A DNA stretch of 64,000 bases from positions 1-64,000 of IMG/VR virus record IMGVR_UViG_3300032240_001244; one strand, given 5' to 3'. Below the pieces are notes generated by a model that was given only the letters and a program-made list of their open reading frames with translations, was not told the origin of the DNA and ran no database searches. This document shows, piece after piece, positions 30,648 to 41,374 of this stretch. Numbering within the stretch: the stretch's first letter is position 1; each line of letters opens with the position of its first letter. The DNA comes from a virus. A program made the translations under genes and the position numbers.

Positions 30648-32501
30648 ATGGAATTAGGATCGGAGATACTAAGTCAAATTACTATTTTTTCAAAGTACGC
30701 CAAGTACATCCCTGAAGTAAAAAGAAGAGAAACATGGGAAGAAATAGTAACTAGATATGAGGTTATGTTAATGCAAAAGTTCCCAACTTTAAAGAAAGAA
30801 ATAATGGGGAACGCTAGTTATATAGTGGATAAAAAAGTACTCCCATCAATGAGAGCCTTACAGTTTTCAGGAACAGCAGCTGAAGTAAACAACGCACGTA
30901 TATACAACTGCTGCTACCTTCCAATGGATAGCGTGCATTGTTTTTCAGAATCTATGTTTCTATTGCTTGGAGGTACCGGAGTAGGATATTCCGTACAGTT
31001 TCAACACGTAGAAAAGCTACCAGAAATTATAAAGCCAGTAAAACAAAAAAGATATTTAGTACAGGATAGTATTATTGGATGGGCTGATGCTGTAAAAGTA
31101 TTGATGAAATCCTATTTTGGTAAAGGAGCTAAACCCACATTTGACTACAGAGATGTACGTCCTAAAGGAGCTAGGCTTATTACTGCAGGCGGTAAAGCAC
31201 CTGGACCAGAACCTCTTAAGATCTGTCTTACGCATATAGAAGCTATCTTAGATCGTAAACAAAACGGTGAGAAGCTGACTACCTTAGAAGTACACGATAT
31301 CATGTGCCATATTGCTAATAGTGTATTATCAGGAGGCATTAGAAGGGCTGCTATGATTGCATTGTTTAGCCACGATGATGAAGAAATGCTTACTTGTAAA
31401 TACGGTAATTGGTGGGAGCTGAATGAACAAAGAGGAAGGTCAAATAACTCTGCAGTATTGGAAAGAGGTCAGATTACAGAAGAACAGTTTAAAGCTTTGT
31501 GGAAGAAGATAGAGTTGAGTAATTCTGGAGAGCCAGGATTCTATTGGACAAAGAATGCTGAGTGGGGAACTAACCCATGCTGCGAAATAGCTTTGCGTCC
31601 ATATCAATTCTGTAACCTGTGTGAGGTTAATGTATCTGATATCAAAGATGAACAGGATCTATTTGATAGAGTGCGTGTAGCTGCGTTCTTTGGAACTCTA
31701 CAAGCGTCATTCACTGATTTCCACTACCTCCGTCCTATATGGCAGAAAACTACTGAAAAAGATGCATTGCTTGGAATAGGCATGACAGGTATAGGAAGTG
31801 GTGAGATCCTTAAATACGATCTTGAAAAAGCTGCTGAGATTGCAAAAGAAGTAAATGCAGAGTACGCAGATCTTATAGGTATTAACAGAGCGGCTCGTGT
31901 AACTTGCATAAAGCCATCAGGAACAACATCTTGTGTATTGGGTACTGCTTCTGGAATACATGCATGGCATAATGACTATTATCTCAGAACAGTAAGATTT
32001 AATAAGAGTGAAGATATTGCTAAGTATCTTATTGCAAACCATCCTGAGATGTGTGAAGACGATGTGTTGAGATCTCATGATACATTGTGTGCAAGAATCC
32101 CTATCAAAGCACCAGAAGGATCAATAATGAGAAGTGAAACTCCAATAGAGTTGTTGGAAAGAGTAAAGCACTTCTCAGTTAATTGGATTAAGAGTGGCCA
32201 TAGGAATGGATATAATACTCACAACGTATCAGCTACCGTATCTCTTAAAGAAGATGAATGGCTGCCAGTAGGAGAATGGATGTGGAAAAACAGGGAACAT
32301 TATAACGGTTTGTCAGTACTACCTTATTGGGGAGGTACTTATCAACAGGCTCCTTTTGAAGATATTACTAAAGAGGAGTATGAAGAAAGAGTAAGCCGTC
32401 TTACTTCTATGGACTTGACTAGTATTGTAGAAGAAGATGATACTGTAAACTTTGGGGCGATCGCAGCTTGCAGTGGTGCCAACTGTAGCGTAGAACAGTA
32501 A
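30648..32501 (+). CDS. nrdJ: Class II (adenosylcobalamin-dependent) ribonucleotide reductase
   Basis: LPSMRALQ, NCC, GGTGVG, GGIRRAA, TNPCCEI, CNL, KPSGT, C-terminal ACSGANC; no beta subunit nearby. Confidence 0.9.
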   Translation: MELGSEILSQITIFSKYAKYIPEVKRRETWEEIVTRYEVMLMQKFPTLKKEIMGNASYIVDKKVLPSMRALQFSGTAAEVNNARIYNCCYLPMDSVHCFSESMFLLLGGTGVGYSVQFQHVEKLPEIIKPVKQKRYLVQDSIIGWADAVKVLMKSYFGKGAKPTFDYRDVRPKGARLITAGGKAPGPEPLKICLTHIEAILDRKQNGEKLTTLEVHDIMCHIANSVLSGGIRRAAMIALFSHDDEEMLTCKYGNWWELNEQRGRSNNSAVLERGQITEEQFKALWKKIELSNSGEPGFYWTKNAEWGTNPCCEIALRPYQFCNLCEVNVSDIKDEQDLFDRVRVAAFFGTLQASFTDFHYLRPIWQKTTEKDALLGIGMTGIGSGEILKYDLEKAAEIAKEVNAEYADLIGINRAARVTCIKPSGTTSCVLGTASGIHAWHNDYYLRTVRFNKSEDIAKYLIANHPEMCEDDVLRSHDTLCARIPIKAPEGSIMRSETPIELLERVKHFSVNWIKSGHRNGYNTHNVSATVSLKEDEWLPVGEWMWKNREHYNGLSVLPYWGGTYQQAPFEDITKEEYEERVSRLTSMDLTSIVEEDDTVNFGAIAACSGANCSVEQ

Positions 32502-32526
32502 ATTTTTTAAATAATGCATTTTCAAA

Positions 32527-32706
32527 GTGTCGAACAGTAAATTACAAAAAGGGATTGATTATTATATAGATGAGCAGACTGGGTACATCGTACTCACTGC
32601 TCTCTATCTTTCCCAAAGAGGAGTATGCTGTGGTAACGGTTGTAAAGAATGCTGTTATGATCCAAAATGGACAAAAGGAAATAAAAATTTGATACAACAA
32701 GAATAA
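32527..32706 (+). CDS. Small Cys-rich protein (DUF5522-like), absent from ORF track
   Basis: Own translation, GTG start, 59 aa: ...GIDYYIDEQTGYIVLTALYLSQRGVCCGNGCKECCYDPK... Confidence 0.7.
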   Translation: MSNSKLQKGIDYYIDEQTGYIVLTALYLSQRGVCCGNGCKECCYDPKWTKGNKNLIQQE

Positions 32707-32718
32707 TATCTATATTTG
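32688..32718 (+). promoter_or_regulatory. Bacteroidota-type promoter
   Basis: TTTG 32688-32691, 19 nt spacer, TATATTTG 32711-32718. Confidence 0.65.
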
Positions 32719-32732
32719 TTAAAATTAATGTT

Positions 32733-32930
32733 ATGACTATATACATTGTCTTTCTTGTTTTAAATCTTCTCGGAATGGGTTTTCTTTTTTTTGTATATGA
32801 AAAACAGAAACAAATAAACACAGAGTTTTTAAAAAATGCAATTATTCATAATGCTGTTTTAGAAATGCTAAAAGAAAAAACAGATGAGTTAGAAAAGCTT
32901 ATAGCTGATACAAATAAAGATAAAAAATAA
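32733..32930 (+). CDS. Small membrane protein
   Basis: N-terminal TM helix then coiled coil. Confidence 0.6.
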   Translation: MTIYIVFLVLNLLGMGFLFFVYEKQKQINTEFLKNAIIHNAVLEMLKEKTDELEKLIADTNKDKK

Positions 32931-32937
32931 AAAGGTT

Positions 32938-33363
32938 ATGCTAGTAAAAATAAAAAAATTACATCCAGAAGCTGTAATTCCTTCCTATGCAAAAGATGGA
33001 GATGCTGGAATGGATCTGGTAGCTGTAAGAAAAGAAGATCTATCTCCTACTCAAGTAAAGTATTACACAGGTCTTGCAATTGAAATCCCTTATGGATTTG
33101 TAGGATTGATATTCCCAAGATCTTCCATCTTTAAAGCAGGATTATCATTGAGCAATGCAGTTGGAGTTATTGATAGTGGGTACAGAGGAGAGATTATGGC
33201 GGTGTTCAATAAAAAGTTTGGTATGAACTTAACTAACTATGAAGTCGGAGATAGAGTAGCACAGATAATGATACTGCCATATCCAGTGGTAACTTTTGTT
33301 GAATCAGAAGAATTGACAGATACAGATAGAGGATCCGGTGGTTTTGGCAGTACAGGAAAATAA
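32938..33363 (+). CDS. dut: dUTPase (trimeric)
   Basis: AGMDL, PRSS, GVIDSGYRGE, RVAQ, RGSGGFGSTG. Confidence 0.97.
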   Translation: MLVKIKKLHPEAVIPSYAKDGDAGMDLVAVRKEDLSPTQVKYYTGLAIEIPYGFVGLIFPRSSIFKAGLSLSNAVGVIDSGYRGEIMAVFNKKFGMNLTNYEVGDRVAQIMILPYPVVTFVESEELTDTDRGSGGFGSTGK

Positions 33364-33378
33364 AATAAAATAAAGGTT

Positions 33379-35685
33379 ATGAATGAAAAGAAGTATGTCA
33401 CGGTAGACACACCGCAGACACTAAGAGATATGGTTAAACATATCAAAGCATTTGATATAATAGCTTTTGATACAGAGACTACAAGTTTAAATCCAAGAAA
33501 AGGAAAGATAATAGGATTGTCAGTATCAGGAGAAGTAGGAGTAGGATACTATATGCCAACAATGGTATTCAAAGATGGCGAATTAAAGGATGATGCTATA
33601 TACGGAGAGAGTTGTCATGAGTTAGCTAAAAAAGTGCTTACTATTTTATGCAGTAAGAAATTGATAGGGCACAATCTTTCTTTTGATTCTAGGTTTGTAA
33701 AGGAGTTTTATGGTATAGATATTGTTCCTTCTATATATGCAGATACAATGTTACTAGTCCATACAGTAGCAGAAGAAGGTGCAGGAGATGGATTTGGCAG
33801 TTCTTTTGGTCTTAAAGACATTGCTAAGGCTATACAAGAACATATTGGGTTAGACATGGAGAAAGAGGCCAACGAAGAACAAGTAGAGCTTAAAGAGTCT
33901 ATAAAATCCAATGGAGGCACTACCACTAAAGAAAACTATGAGATCTGGAAGGCAGACCTGCCTATACTGTCCAAGTACGCTTGCGCAGACACAGACCTTA
34001 CACTCAGAGTATATAACTACTATATAGAGAAACTAAAATCAGAAAATTTAGAGAAATTCTTTTTTGAAGATGAAGTAATGCCTTTGTATAAAGAAGTTAC
34101 TATTCCAATGGAAAGTAACGGTATGATGCTTGATATGGATCTTATAGTACAGTCTAGAGAAGAAATTATAAAAGACTTAGAAGAATATAAAAGCCTTGTT
34201 ATTAAAACTCTACTTAAAGATCCTAGAGTAAAAGAGTGGGTAATTGATAAAGCTTTAGAAAAGTTTCCTCCTACACATAAAGGTAGCTACGCACAGCAAC
34301 TAATAACTGAATCAGGATATACTTTACCAAAGTCTGAAAAGACTGGTAAGTATACAATGAATGCTGCAACTCTTAAGACTTTACAAGAAGGTTCTATTAA
34401 AGAATTTTTAACAACTGGCAACATGGATGTTCTTGATGCTGATCTAGCTGTTAAAGTTAGCATGAAGCTATGGAAAGAAAGCCAGGATGGAGATTTTTTT
34501 AATATACAGTCTAAAGATCACTTAGGCAGTATTGCTTTTACAGCTTTGGGAATGGAACCTATATCTGCTACAGATAAAGGAAAAGATAAGTTTGATGATG
34601 ACTTCATTCAGTCTATTGCGGAAAAACATGAGTGGGCTAAGAATCTTCGCATTTATAATAAATTGCTAAAGATAAAGTCTACTTACATGGATAGGTTCCT
34701 GGATAAACAGGAAGACGGCATGTATTATTTCTACTACAAACAACACGCAACAGTATCAGGAAGGTACGGATCAGATGCACAACAACTTCCCAGACCTAAA
34801 GAAGAAGGAGAAGAGGATCCTATAGTATTGAAATATAATAATATGATTCGTGCGTTCTTTGTTTGCAAACCGGGAACAGTGTTTATAGATTGCGATTATG
34901 AAAGCTTGGAACCAAAAGTATTCTCTCACGTGGCTGATGATGAAGGATTAAAAGACATCTTTAGAAATGGATGGGATTTTTATTCTACAATCGCTATAAA
35001 AACAGAGAAACTGGATCAGTACTCTCCTGACAAGAAAGCCCCTAACTATTTAAAAAAGATGGCTAATAACATAAGACAGAAAGCTAAGGCTTACTCTCTT
35101 GGAATTCCTTACGGAATGGGCTCATATGCATTAGGTAAGAATATAGATGTATCAACTAAAGAAGCTCAAAAGCTTATTGATGGATATCTTAATGGGTTTC
35201 CTAATTTAAAAAAATGGATGGAAGATTCTAAAGCTTTTGTAAAAGAGCATGGATATATAAAAACACAGGTAGGGAGAATTCGCCATTTACCAAAAGTTTC
35301 ATATCTTTACAAAAAGTTTGGAGATTCTTTATTACAATGGGATTTTCAAAATAAATTGGAAGATCAGCTTGGAAAAGAGTTAGTATCCAATATGTCTAAA
35401 GATTATAAGAATGGACTTAACAATTCACTTAACGTACAGATACAGGGACTAGCTGCATCTATTGTAAACAGGGCTGCTATATCCATAAACAGAGAATTTA
35501 AAAAAGCTGGTATAAAAGGACAAGTAGTAGCTCAAATTCATGACCAATTGGTTATGGAAGTAGAGGAGGAAAGGTCAGAGGAAGCAGCAGCTATTGTTAA
35601 AGATAGGATGGAGAATACTACAAGATTGTCTCTTGATCTAGTAGCACCACCATCTTTGGCACACAATTTGAGAGACGGACACTAA
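33379..35685 (+). CDS. polA: Family A DNA polymerase with 3'-5' exonuclease
   Basis: Exo motifs FDTET, GHNLSFD, YACAD; polymerase motifs DYESLE, KAKAYSLGIPYG, QIHDQL. Confidence 0.95.
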   Translation: MNEKKYVTVDTPQTLRDMVKHIKAFDIIAFDTETTSLNPRKGKIIGLSVSGEVGVGYYMPTMVFKDGELKDDAIYGESCHELAKKVLTILCSKKLIGHNLSFDSRFVKEFYGIDIVPSIYADTMLLVHTVAEEGAGDGFGSSFGLKDIAKAIQEHIGLDMEKEANEEQVELKESIKSNGGTTTKENYEIWKADLPILSKYACADTDLTLRVYNYYIEKLKSENLEKFFFEDEVMPLYKEVTIPMESNGMMLDMDLIVQSREEIIKDLEEYKSLVIKTLLKDPRVKEWVIDKALEKFPPTHKGSYAQQLITESGYTLPKSEKTGKYTMNAATLKTLQEGSIKEFLTTGNMDVLDADLAVKVSMKLWKESQDGDFFNIQSKDHLGSIAFTALGMEPISATDKGKDKFDDDFIQSIAEKHEWAKNLRIYNKLLKIKSTYMDRFLDKQEDGMYYFYYKQHATVSGRYGSDAQQLPRPKEEGEEDPIVLKYNNMIRAFFVCKPGTVFIDCDYESLEPKVFSHVADDEGLKDIFRNGWDFYSTIAIKTEKLDQYSPDKKAPNYLKKMANNIRQKAKAYSLGIPYGMGSYALGKNIDVSTKEAQKLIDGYLNGFPNLKKWMEDSKAFVKEHGYIKTQVGRIRHLPKVSYLYKKFGDSLLQWDFQNKLEDQLGKELVSNMSKDYKNGLNNSLNVQIQGLAASIVNRAAISINREFKKAGIKGQVVAQIHDQLVMEVEEERSEEAAAIVKDRMENTTRLSLDLVAPPSLAHNLRDGH

Positions 35686-35700
35686 ATAAAATAAAAAAAA

Positions 35701-35997
35701 ATGAGTACATTAGTTGCATTACACGACAAAGTCATTCTTAAAAAGATTGACACAGAAGACAAAATGGTAGGTGGCATTATTGTGCCGGATATGGGGGCTG
35801 AAAAATCTAACTACTTTGAAGTAGTAAGCGCAGGTCCTGGCATGTATGATACGCAAAATGGTAAGTACTTTCCTATGCATGTAGAAGTGGGAGACACAGT
35901 AGTTGTCCCAAAAGCAGTAGTAACACAGATCTTAGTAGACAGGGACGAGTACTACGTATGCCGTGAAGTAGAAATCCTTTCAATTATTAAAGATTAA
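35701..35997 (+). CDS. groES: Co-chaperonin GroES
   Basis: LHDKVIL, GGIIVPD, EVVSAGPG, VEVGDTV. Confidence 0.9.
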   Translation: MSTLVALHDKVILKKIDTEDKMVGGIIVPDMGAEKSNYFEVVSAGPGMYDTQNGKYFPMHVEVGDTVVVPKAVVTQILVDRDEYYVCREVEILSIIKD

Positions 35998-36248
35998 TGG
36001 ATATAACATATTCTATAACAGAATTTGTATGGGTTAAAAAAGATAATTCTTTTTATGCCGATGCGGATAGATTACATCCCGAAGGAGATTACAAGTGTAC
36101 TTTCCCAAATGGTAGGAAGAAGTTTTATATTAAAAATAATAATACAAAAGGATTTAGAAGATTTATATTAAATAAGGAATGCGGTACCGTTTTACAGTTT
36201 ATAAGTGAAGATGGTATATTATGTAACATACAAACAAAAACAAAATGA
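35997..36248 (+). CDS. Hypothetical protein between groES and groEL
   Basis: 83 aa ORF overlapping stop/start codons on both sides. Confidence 0.6.
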   Translation: MDITYSITEFVWVKKDNSFYADADRLHPEGDYKCTFPNGRKKFYIKNNNTKGFRRFILNKECGTVLQFISEDGILCNIQTKTK

Positions 36249-37897
36249 TAAAGACAGAATTTGGAACAGATCTTAAAAAAAGACTCTTAGACGGAGTAAA
36301 CAAGATTAATGCCAGTGTTTCATCAACACTAGGTCCAGCAGGTAGGAATGTGATCATTAGAGGTTCTGATGGTGCTATTAAGATTACTAAGGATGGTGTT
36401 ACTGTAGCACAATCTTTTACTAAACTTGAAGATCCTATTGAAGATATCGGAGCACAAATGATTAAAAGCGTATCAGTTCGTTCAGCAGATAAAGCTGGTG
36501 ATGGTACAACTACATCAACACTTTTGGCATCTGTAATGGTTAATGAAGGTATTAAAGCTATCACGCAAGGATCAAATGCAGTAGAAGTTAAGAAAGGTAT
36601 TGATAAAGCAGTATCAGTTGTAGTAACTGCGCTAAAAGGAATATCTAAAGATATATCCTCAGAAGATCAGATCAAACAAGTAGCTACAATTTCAGCCAAT
36701 AATGATACTGAGATTGGAACATTAATCGCCACTGCTTTGGATAAAGTAGGTACTGATGGTGTAGTGGCTATTGAAGAATCAAAGTCTGGTGAGACTTCTT
36801 TGGAAGTTGTAGAAGGTATGATGTTTGATAGAGGATTTAAATCTCCATACTTTGTTACAGACAATTCAACAATGCAAGCTGTGTTTGATAAACCATTAAT
36901 TTTCTTGTATGATGGTAGACTTACAAGTACTGCACAAGTGCTCCCTCTTCTTCAAGCAGCTCATGCTGAAAGTCTTCCTTTGCTTATCATTGCTGAAGAC
37001 ATTGAACACGAGGCTTTGGCTATCTTAGTAGTAAATAAAGCAAATGCTACAATCAAAGTATGTGCTGTAAAGGCTCCTGACTTTGGTGATCGTAGAACAG
37101 CAATTCTAGAAGACATTGCAATCCTTACTGGCGGTACTGTTGTATCTCCTACCAAGGGTAATAAGATTGATAAGATGAAGCCTGATGAGTTTAAGCCATT
37201 GTTTGGTAAGGCTCGAATGGTGAATGTATCATCTAAAGATACTACTATCATTGATGGTAAAGGATCAGTAGAAGGAATTGAGCAAAGACTGAACGATATT
37301 AAAACTCAGATTGATATAGCCAAGTCTAACTTTGAAGTTGAAAAGCTTCAAGAAAGATTATCAAAGCTTACTGGCGGTGTTGCTATTATCAATGTTGGTG
37401 GTATGAGTGAGATTGAAATGAAAGAAAAGAAGGATCGTGTAGATGACGCACTACACGCTACTAAAGCTGCCTTAGATCAAGGTATTGTTCCTGGTGGTGG
37501 TATGGCTTTGATTAACTGTATAGAGTTGCTTAAAGAGGCTGTATTGGATTGTGACAACGATGATCAAGAGCTTGGTGTACGAATTGTCACTAAAGCTTTA
37601 TACGCACCGTTTAAAACTATTCTTACCAACGCTGGTATTGAGAATGCTTATGAGATTTTAAGCAGTGTTAAGAGCTATTCTCAAGATGAAGATAACTCAG
37701 ATTGGTACGGATATAATGCTAAGACGGGAGAGATCCAAGATTTTCTACAAGCAGGTATTCTAGATCCAACCAAAGTAACTAGAACAGCTATTGAGAATGC
37801 TGCTAGCGTAGCCGGTACTATTCTAACTACAGAGTCAGTAGTATACTTTACTGGAGATGATAAGAAAGAAGATATAGATTATAGTCAATTCATGTAA
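36245..37897 (+). CDS. groEL: Chaperonin GroEL
   Basis: [50 protein letters not shown]. Confidence 0.97.
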   Translation: MIKTEFGTDLKKRLLDGVNKINASVSSTLGPAGRNVIIRGSDGAIKITKDGVTVAQSFTKLEDPIEDIGAQMIKSVSVRSADKAGDGTTTSTLLASVMVNEGIKAITQGSNAVEVKKGIDKAVSVVVTALKGISKDISSEDQIKQVATISANNDTEIGTLIATALDKVGTDGVVAIEESKSGETSLEVVEGMMFDRGFKSPYFVTDNSTMQAVFDKPLIFLYDGRLTSTAQVLPLLQAAHAESLPLLIIAEDIEHEALAILVVNKANATIKVCAVKAPDFGDRRTAILEDIAILTGGTVVSPTKGNKIDKMKPDEFKPLFGKARMVNVSSKDTTIIDGKGSVEGIEQRLNDIKTQIDIAKSNFEVEKLQERLSKLTGGVAIINVGGMSEIEMKEKKDRVDDALHATKAALDQGIVPGGGMALINCIELLKEAVLDCDNDDQELGVRIVTKALYAPFKTILTNAGIENAYEILSSVKSYSQDEDNSDWYGYNAKTGEIQDFLQAGILDPTKVTRTAIENAASVAGTILTTESVVYFTGDDKKEDIDYSQFM

Positions 37898-37910
37898 TAA
37901 AAAAATTAAT

Positions 37911-38177
37911 ATGCAACAACAAAATCCGTTAGCAAATGTAAGGTTTGATCAAACTACAGGAGTAGTTTGTGAAAAATGTGGCAATAATGTATTTACTGAA
38001 GGTTTGTACCTTCGTAAGGTTTCTAAATTTCTTGTAGCCGCTAGTAGCGATAAAGATCAAGTGATACCAGTACCAACATTTTACTGTGTTAAATGTCAAC
38101 ATGTAAATAAAGAGTTCTCTCCTATAGGTATGGAAGAGGAACAAGAGACTGATAAAGGAGTTGATCGTATCTATTAA
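37911..38177 (+). CDS. Zinc-ribbon protein
   Basis: CEKCG...CVKCQH. Confidence 0.7.
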   Translation: MQQQNPLANVRFDQTTGVVCEKCGNNVFTEGLYLRKVSKFLVAASSDKDQVIPVPTFYCVKCQHVNKEFSPIGMEEEQETDKGVDRIY

Positions 38178-38189
38178 AAAATAAATGTT

Positions 38190-38384
38190 ATGACCCTTGA
38201 TGAAATCAATGAAGGCATAGAAAACTGTAATAAGAAATTAGACGATTACAATATTCAAATAGAAGCTTTATCTAGTAAAGAAGATTTAATGTCTGAAGAA
38301 GTACAATCACAGTTTGATTACTTGATTAGAGAGATTGAAAAAACAGCAGAAGAGCTAGAAGATTTGATAAAAAAAATAGAATGA
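38190..38384 (+). CDS. Small coiled-coil protein
   Basis: 64 aa acidic helical ORF. Confidence 0.55.
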   Translation: MTLDEINEGIENCNKKLDDYNIQIEALSSKEDLMSEEVQSQFDYLIREIEKTAEELEDLIKKIE

Positions 38385-39325
38385 AAGAAGCAATAGCTTT
38401 ATCAGAAAGTATAGCTCCTAAGATTAGAACAGAGAAGAGAGAAGGACAAAAACAAATATCCTTCTCTCAATACTCTGTTTATGAGTCATGTCCCCATCGT
38501 TGGTATCTTACCTACGCCAAGGGGCATTACTTGTTTACAGCAAGTATTAATACTGTTTTTGGAACCGCTATACATGAAGCAATACAAAAGTATTTGGCTA
38601 TATTATTTAATGAGTCTGTTAAAGCATCCGATGCTTTTGATATGATAGAACACTTTGAGAAGGTATTCAAAGAAGAGTACATCAAAGAAGTTACTAACAA
38701 TGGTGGAGCTCACTTCTCTACAAAACAAGAGATGGCAGAGTTTTACCAGGATGGAGTAGAGATATTGAATTATTTCAGAAAGAAGAGAGTAGCATACTTC
38801 TCAACTAGAGATATGGAGATGTTGGGCATGGAAATACCCATCCTTACAGAGATCAGAGATGTAGCTGATAATTTTTTATTTCACGGCTATATAGATTTAG
38901 TTCTTAGAGATAAGACTGATGGTACTATATACATTGAAGATTTTAAAACATCTACTAAAGGCTGGAAGGATTATGAAAAGAAAGATGAGACTAAACAAGC
39001 TCAAATTCTTTTATACAAGAAGTATTTTGCAAAGCAGTTTGGAGTAGAAGAAGCTAAGATAGTTCCTAGATTTAGAATACTTAAAAGAAAGCTGTATGAA
39101 AATGCAGACTTTCCACAATCAAGAGTGCAGGTACACGAACCAGCTAATGGAAAATCTAAGGTACATCAAGCTGGTCAGCGTCTTATAAACTTTATAAATG
39201 AGTGTTTTAATGAAGACGGGACTGCAAAAGATAAAGCGCATACTAAATTATTTTCTGGAAATAACTGTAGATTCTGCCCATTTAAAGACAGGCCGGATCT
39301 TTGTGATAAAAAAAATATAAGATAA
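38381..39325 (+). CDS. PD-(D/E)XK RecB/Cas4-like exonuclease
   Basis: SFSQ...CP, FGTAIHE, GYIDL, EDFKT, Q..LY, CRFCPF...C. Confidence 0.85.
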   Translation: MKEAIALSESIAPKIRTEKREGQKQISFSQYSVYESCPHRWYLTYAKGHYLFTASINTVFGTAIHEAIQKYLAILFNESVKASDAFDMIEHFEKVFKEEYIKEVTNNGGAHFSTKQEMAEFYQDGVEILNYFRKKRVAYFSTRDMEMLGMEIPILTEIRDVADNFLFHGYIDLVLRDKTDGTIYIEDFKTSTKGWKDYEKKDETKQAQILLYKKYFAKQFGVEEAKIVPRFRILKRKLYENADFPQSRVQVHEPANGKSKVHQAGQRLINFINECFNEDGTAKDKAHTKLFSGNNCRFCPFKDRPDLCDKKNIR

Positions 39326-39373
39326 TTTTAATTTTAATGTAATTTTTATATATTTATTATATATAACTATATT

Positions 39374-39568
39374 ATGAAAGATAAATTAAAATTAACAAGT
39401 GTTAAAATACACAAAGATCTATCTGAAAATTTCAAGATAGAAAGTGCAAGGACAGGCTTATCTCTACAGAAATTTGTAAACAGGACCATTCATTTGTACT
39501 TAACTGATCCCGAATTTCAAGTTAAAATGTTGACTTATAACAATTTAGCAACTAGTGGAAGTTTATAA
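39374..39568 (+). CDS. Small putative ribbon-helix-helix DNA-binding protein
   Basis: LTSVKI strand then helices (FK...SLQKFVNRTIHLYL). Confidence 0.55.
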   Translation: MKDKLKLTSVKIHKDLSENFKIESARTGLSLQKFVNRTIHLYLTDPEFQVKMLTYNNLATSGSL

Positions 39569-39578
39569 ATTACTCAAT

Positions 39579-39911
39579 ATGAAAAAAATAATAGAAAAAT
39601 TTGCATTTTGGATATTAAGAAAAAAGTACATTTACAAAGGAACAAATTGTATTATATTGACAGATGCACCTTTATCTGAACGTTGCCAAAAGATAGTATC
39701 TGTTAACATAAGCGATGACTTTAAAAAAGAAAAAATTAAATTTAACATAAATAAAACTATGTTAGATATGATAGAAAAGCATAAAGGTACAGTAGAAGAC
39801 GGTAAATGCTTTTTGGCTTCTGAGGATTTTGTTCTTGGTATAGATGAAGAAGGAAAAGTAAAAACATTAGTAGATTGCAACGGAGATAAAACAAAAGTTT
39901 CGGTAGTATAA
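39579..39911 (+). CDS. Hypothetical protein
   Basis: ATG at 39579 within the track ORF. Confidence 0.55.
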   Translation: MKKIIEKFAFWILRKKYIYKGTNCIILTDAPLSERCQKIVSVNISDDFKKEKIKFNINKTMLDMIEKHKGTVEDGKCFLASEDFVLGIDEEGKVKTLVDCNGDKTKVSVV

Positions 39912-39925
39912 AATAAAAATAAAGA

Positions 39926-41365
39926 ATGAAAGCAGGTTACATTAAAAAAGAAGACAGGAAAAAAATCCTATTCATAGGGGATGATATTAGGTTTTTCTCA
40001 GGGATTGCAACCATATCTAGAGAATTGGTGTTAGGAACATCTCATGCATTTAACTACGCTTGTATAGGTGGTGCCATAGATCATCCGGATAAAAACAAAA
40101 GAATGGATCTATCACAGTCTACAAGTGATATAGCAGGCATACCAGATGCTTCTGTTATACTATACCCTACTAATGGATATGGAACTCAAGATTTAATAAG
40201 GCAATTAATTAATATAGAAAAGCCTGACTTGTTAGTGTTCATTACGGATCCTAGGTACTATGAATGGTTGTTTAGATTAGAACAAGAGATCAGAAAGACC
40301 ATTCCTATGGTATATATAAACATTTGGGATTGTGAACCAGCTCCTCTGTATAATAAAAACTACTACAGATCTTGTGACACTCTACTGTCAATATCTAAAC
40401 AAACAAAGATATTAAATGAGGTAGTATTGGGAGAGTATGCTAAGGATAAGACTATTAAATATTTTCCACACGGTATTAACGAAAACAACTTCTACCCAAT
40501 AAGAAAAGGACATGATCTGTATCCAAAACTACAAGCATTTAAAAACAATCTTCTTAAAGATAAGGATTTTGATTTTGTAGTTTTATTCAATAGCAGAAAC
40601 ATTAGAAGAAAGTCTATACCAGATACTATACTAGCGTTTAGACACTTCTTAGAACAATTACCTTCAGAAAAAGCGGATAAGTGTTGTTTAGTATTACATA
40701 CTCACAGAGTAGATGATAACGGCACAGATCTACCAGCAGTAATTGATTTATTTATGGGAGATAAAAAAGATCAAATAATATTTTCAAATCCTGGGGAAGG
40801 AATTGAGTATATGAATTTGTTGTACAATTCTTCTGATGCTACTATACTTCTATCTTCTAATGAGGGATGGGGATTATCTCTTACGGAGTCTATGATGTGC
40901 GGTAAAATGATTATTGCAAATGTAACTGGTGGTATGCAAGATCAAATGAGATTTGAGGATGAAAATGGTAACTGGATTGAGTTTGATGAGTCGTTCTGCA
41001 CTAATCATTTGGGAAAATATAAAAAATGTGGAGAGTGGGCTATTCCAGTATTCCCCTGTGGAATTAGCATACAAGGATCACCACCCACTCCATACATCTC
41101 AGATGATAGAGTAGATTTTAGAGATGCATCTAAAGCTATAATGGATCTGTACAATATGGGTGTAGAGGAAAGAGATAGAAAAGGATTAGCAGCTAGAAAT
41201 TGGGTAACCTCTTCAGAATCTATGATGAGTGCAAGAGCTATGTCAGAAAATTTTATTGCAGCTATAAATCACACTCTGGATAATTGGAAGCCTAGAGAAA
41301 GGTTTCACATTAAAAAAATAGAAGAAAGACCATTGAAAACTATTAAACATTATATATCTTTGTAA
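39926..41365 (+). CDS. Glycosyltransferase, GT-B fold (GT4-like)
   Basis: RNIRRK, NEGWGLSLTESMMCG. Confidence 0.88.
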   Translation: MKAGYIKKEDRKKILFIGDDIRFFSGIATISRELVLGTSHAFNYACIGGAIDHPDKNKRMDLSQSTSDIAGIPDASVILYPTNGYGTQDLIRQLINIEKPDLLVFITDPRYYEWLFRLEQEIRKTIPMVYINIWDCEPAPLYNKNYYRSCDTLLSISKQTKILNEVVLGEYAKDKTIKYFPHGINENNFYPIRKGHDLYPKLQAFKNNLLKDKDFDFVVLFNSRNIRRKSIPDTILAFRHFLEQLPSEKADKCCLVLHTHRVDDNGTDLPAVIDLFMGDKKDQIIFSNPGEGIEYMNLLYNSSDATILLSSNEGWGLSLTESMMCGKMIIANVTGGMQDQMRFEDENGNWIEFDESFCTNHLGKYKKCGEWAIPVFPCGISIQGSPPTPYISDDRVDFRDASKAIMDLYNMGVEERDRKGLAARNWVTSSESMMSARAMSENFIAAINHTLDNWKPRERFHIKKIEERPLKTIKHYISL

Positions 41366-41374
41366 TCAATTGTT

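Noticed and set aside
38381-39325. Cas4-like nuclease as part of a CRISPR-Cas system
   Set aside because: No cas1/cas2 or array seen; stand-alone PD-(D/E)XK exonucleases are common in phage replication modules
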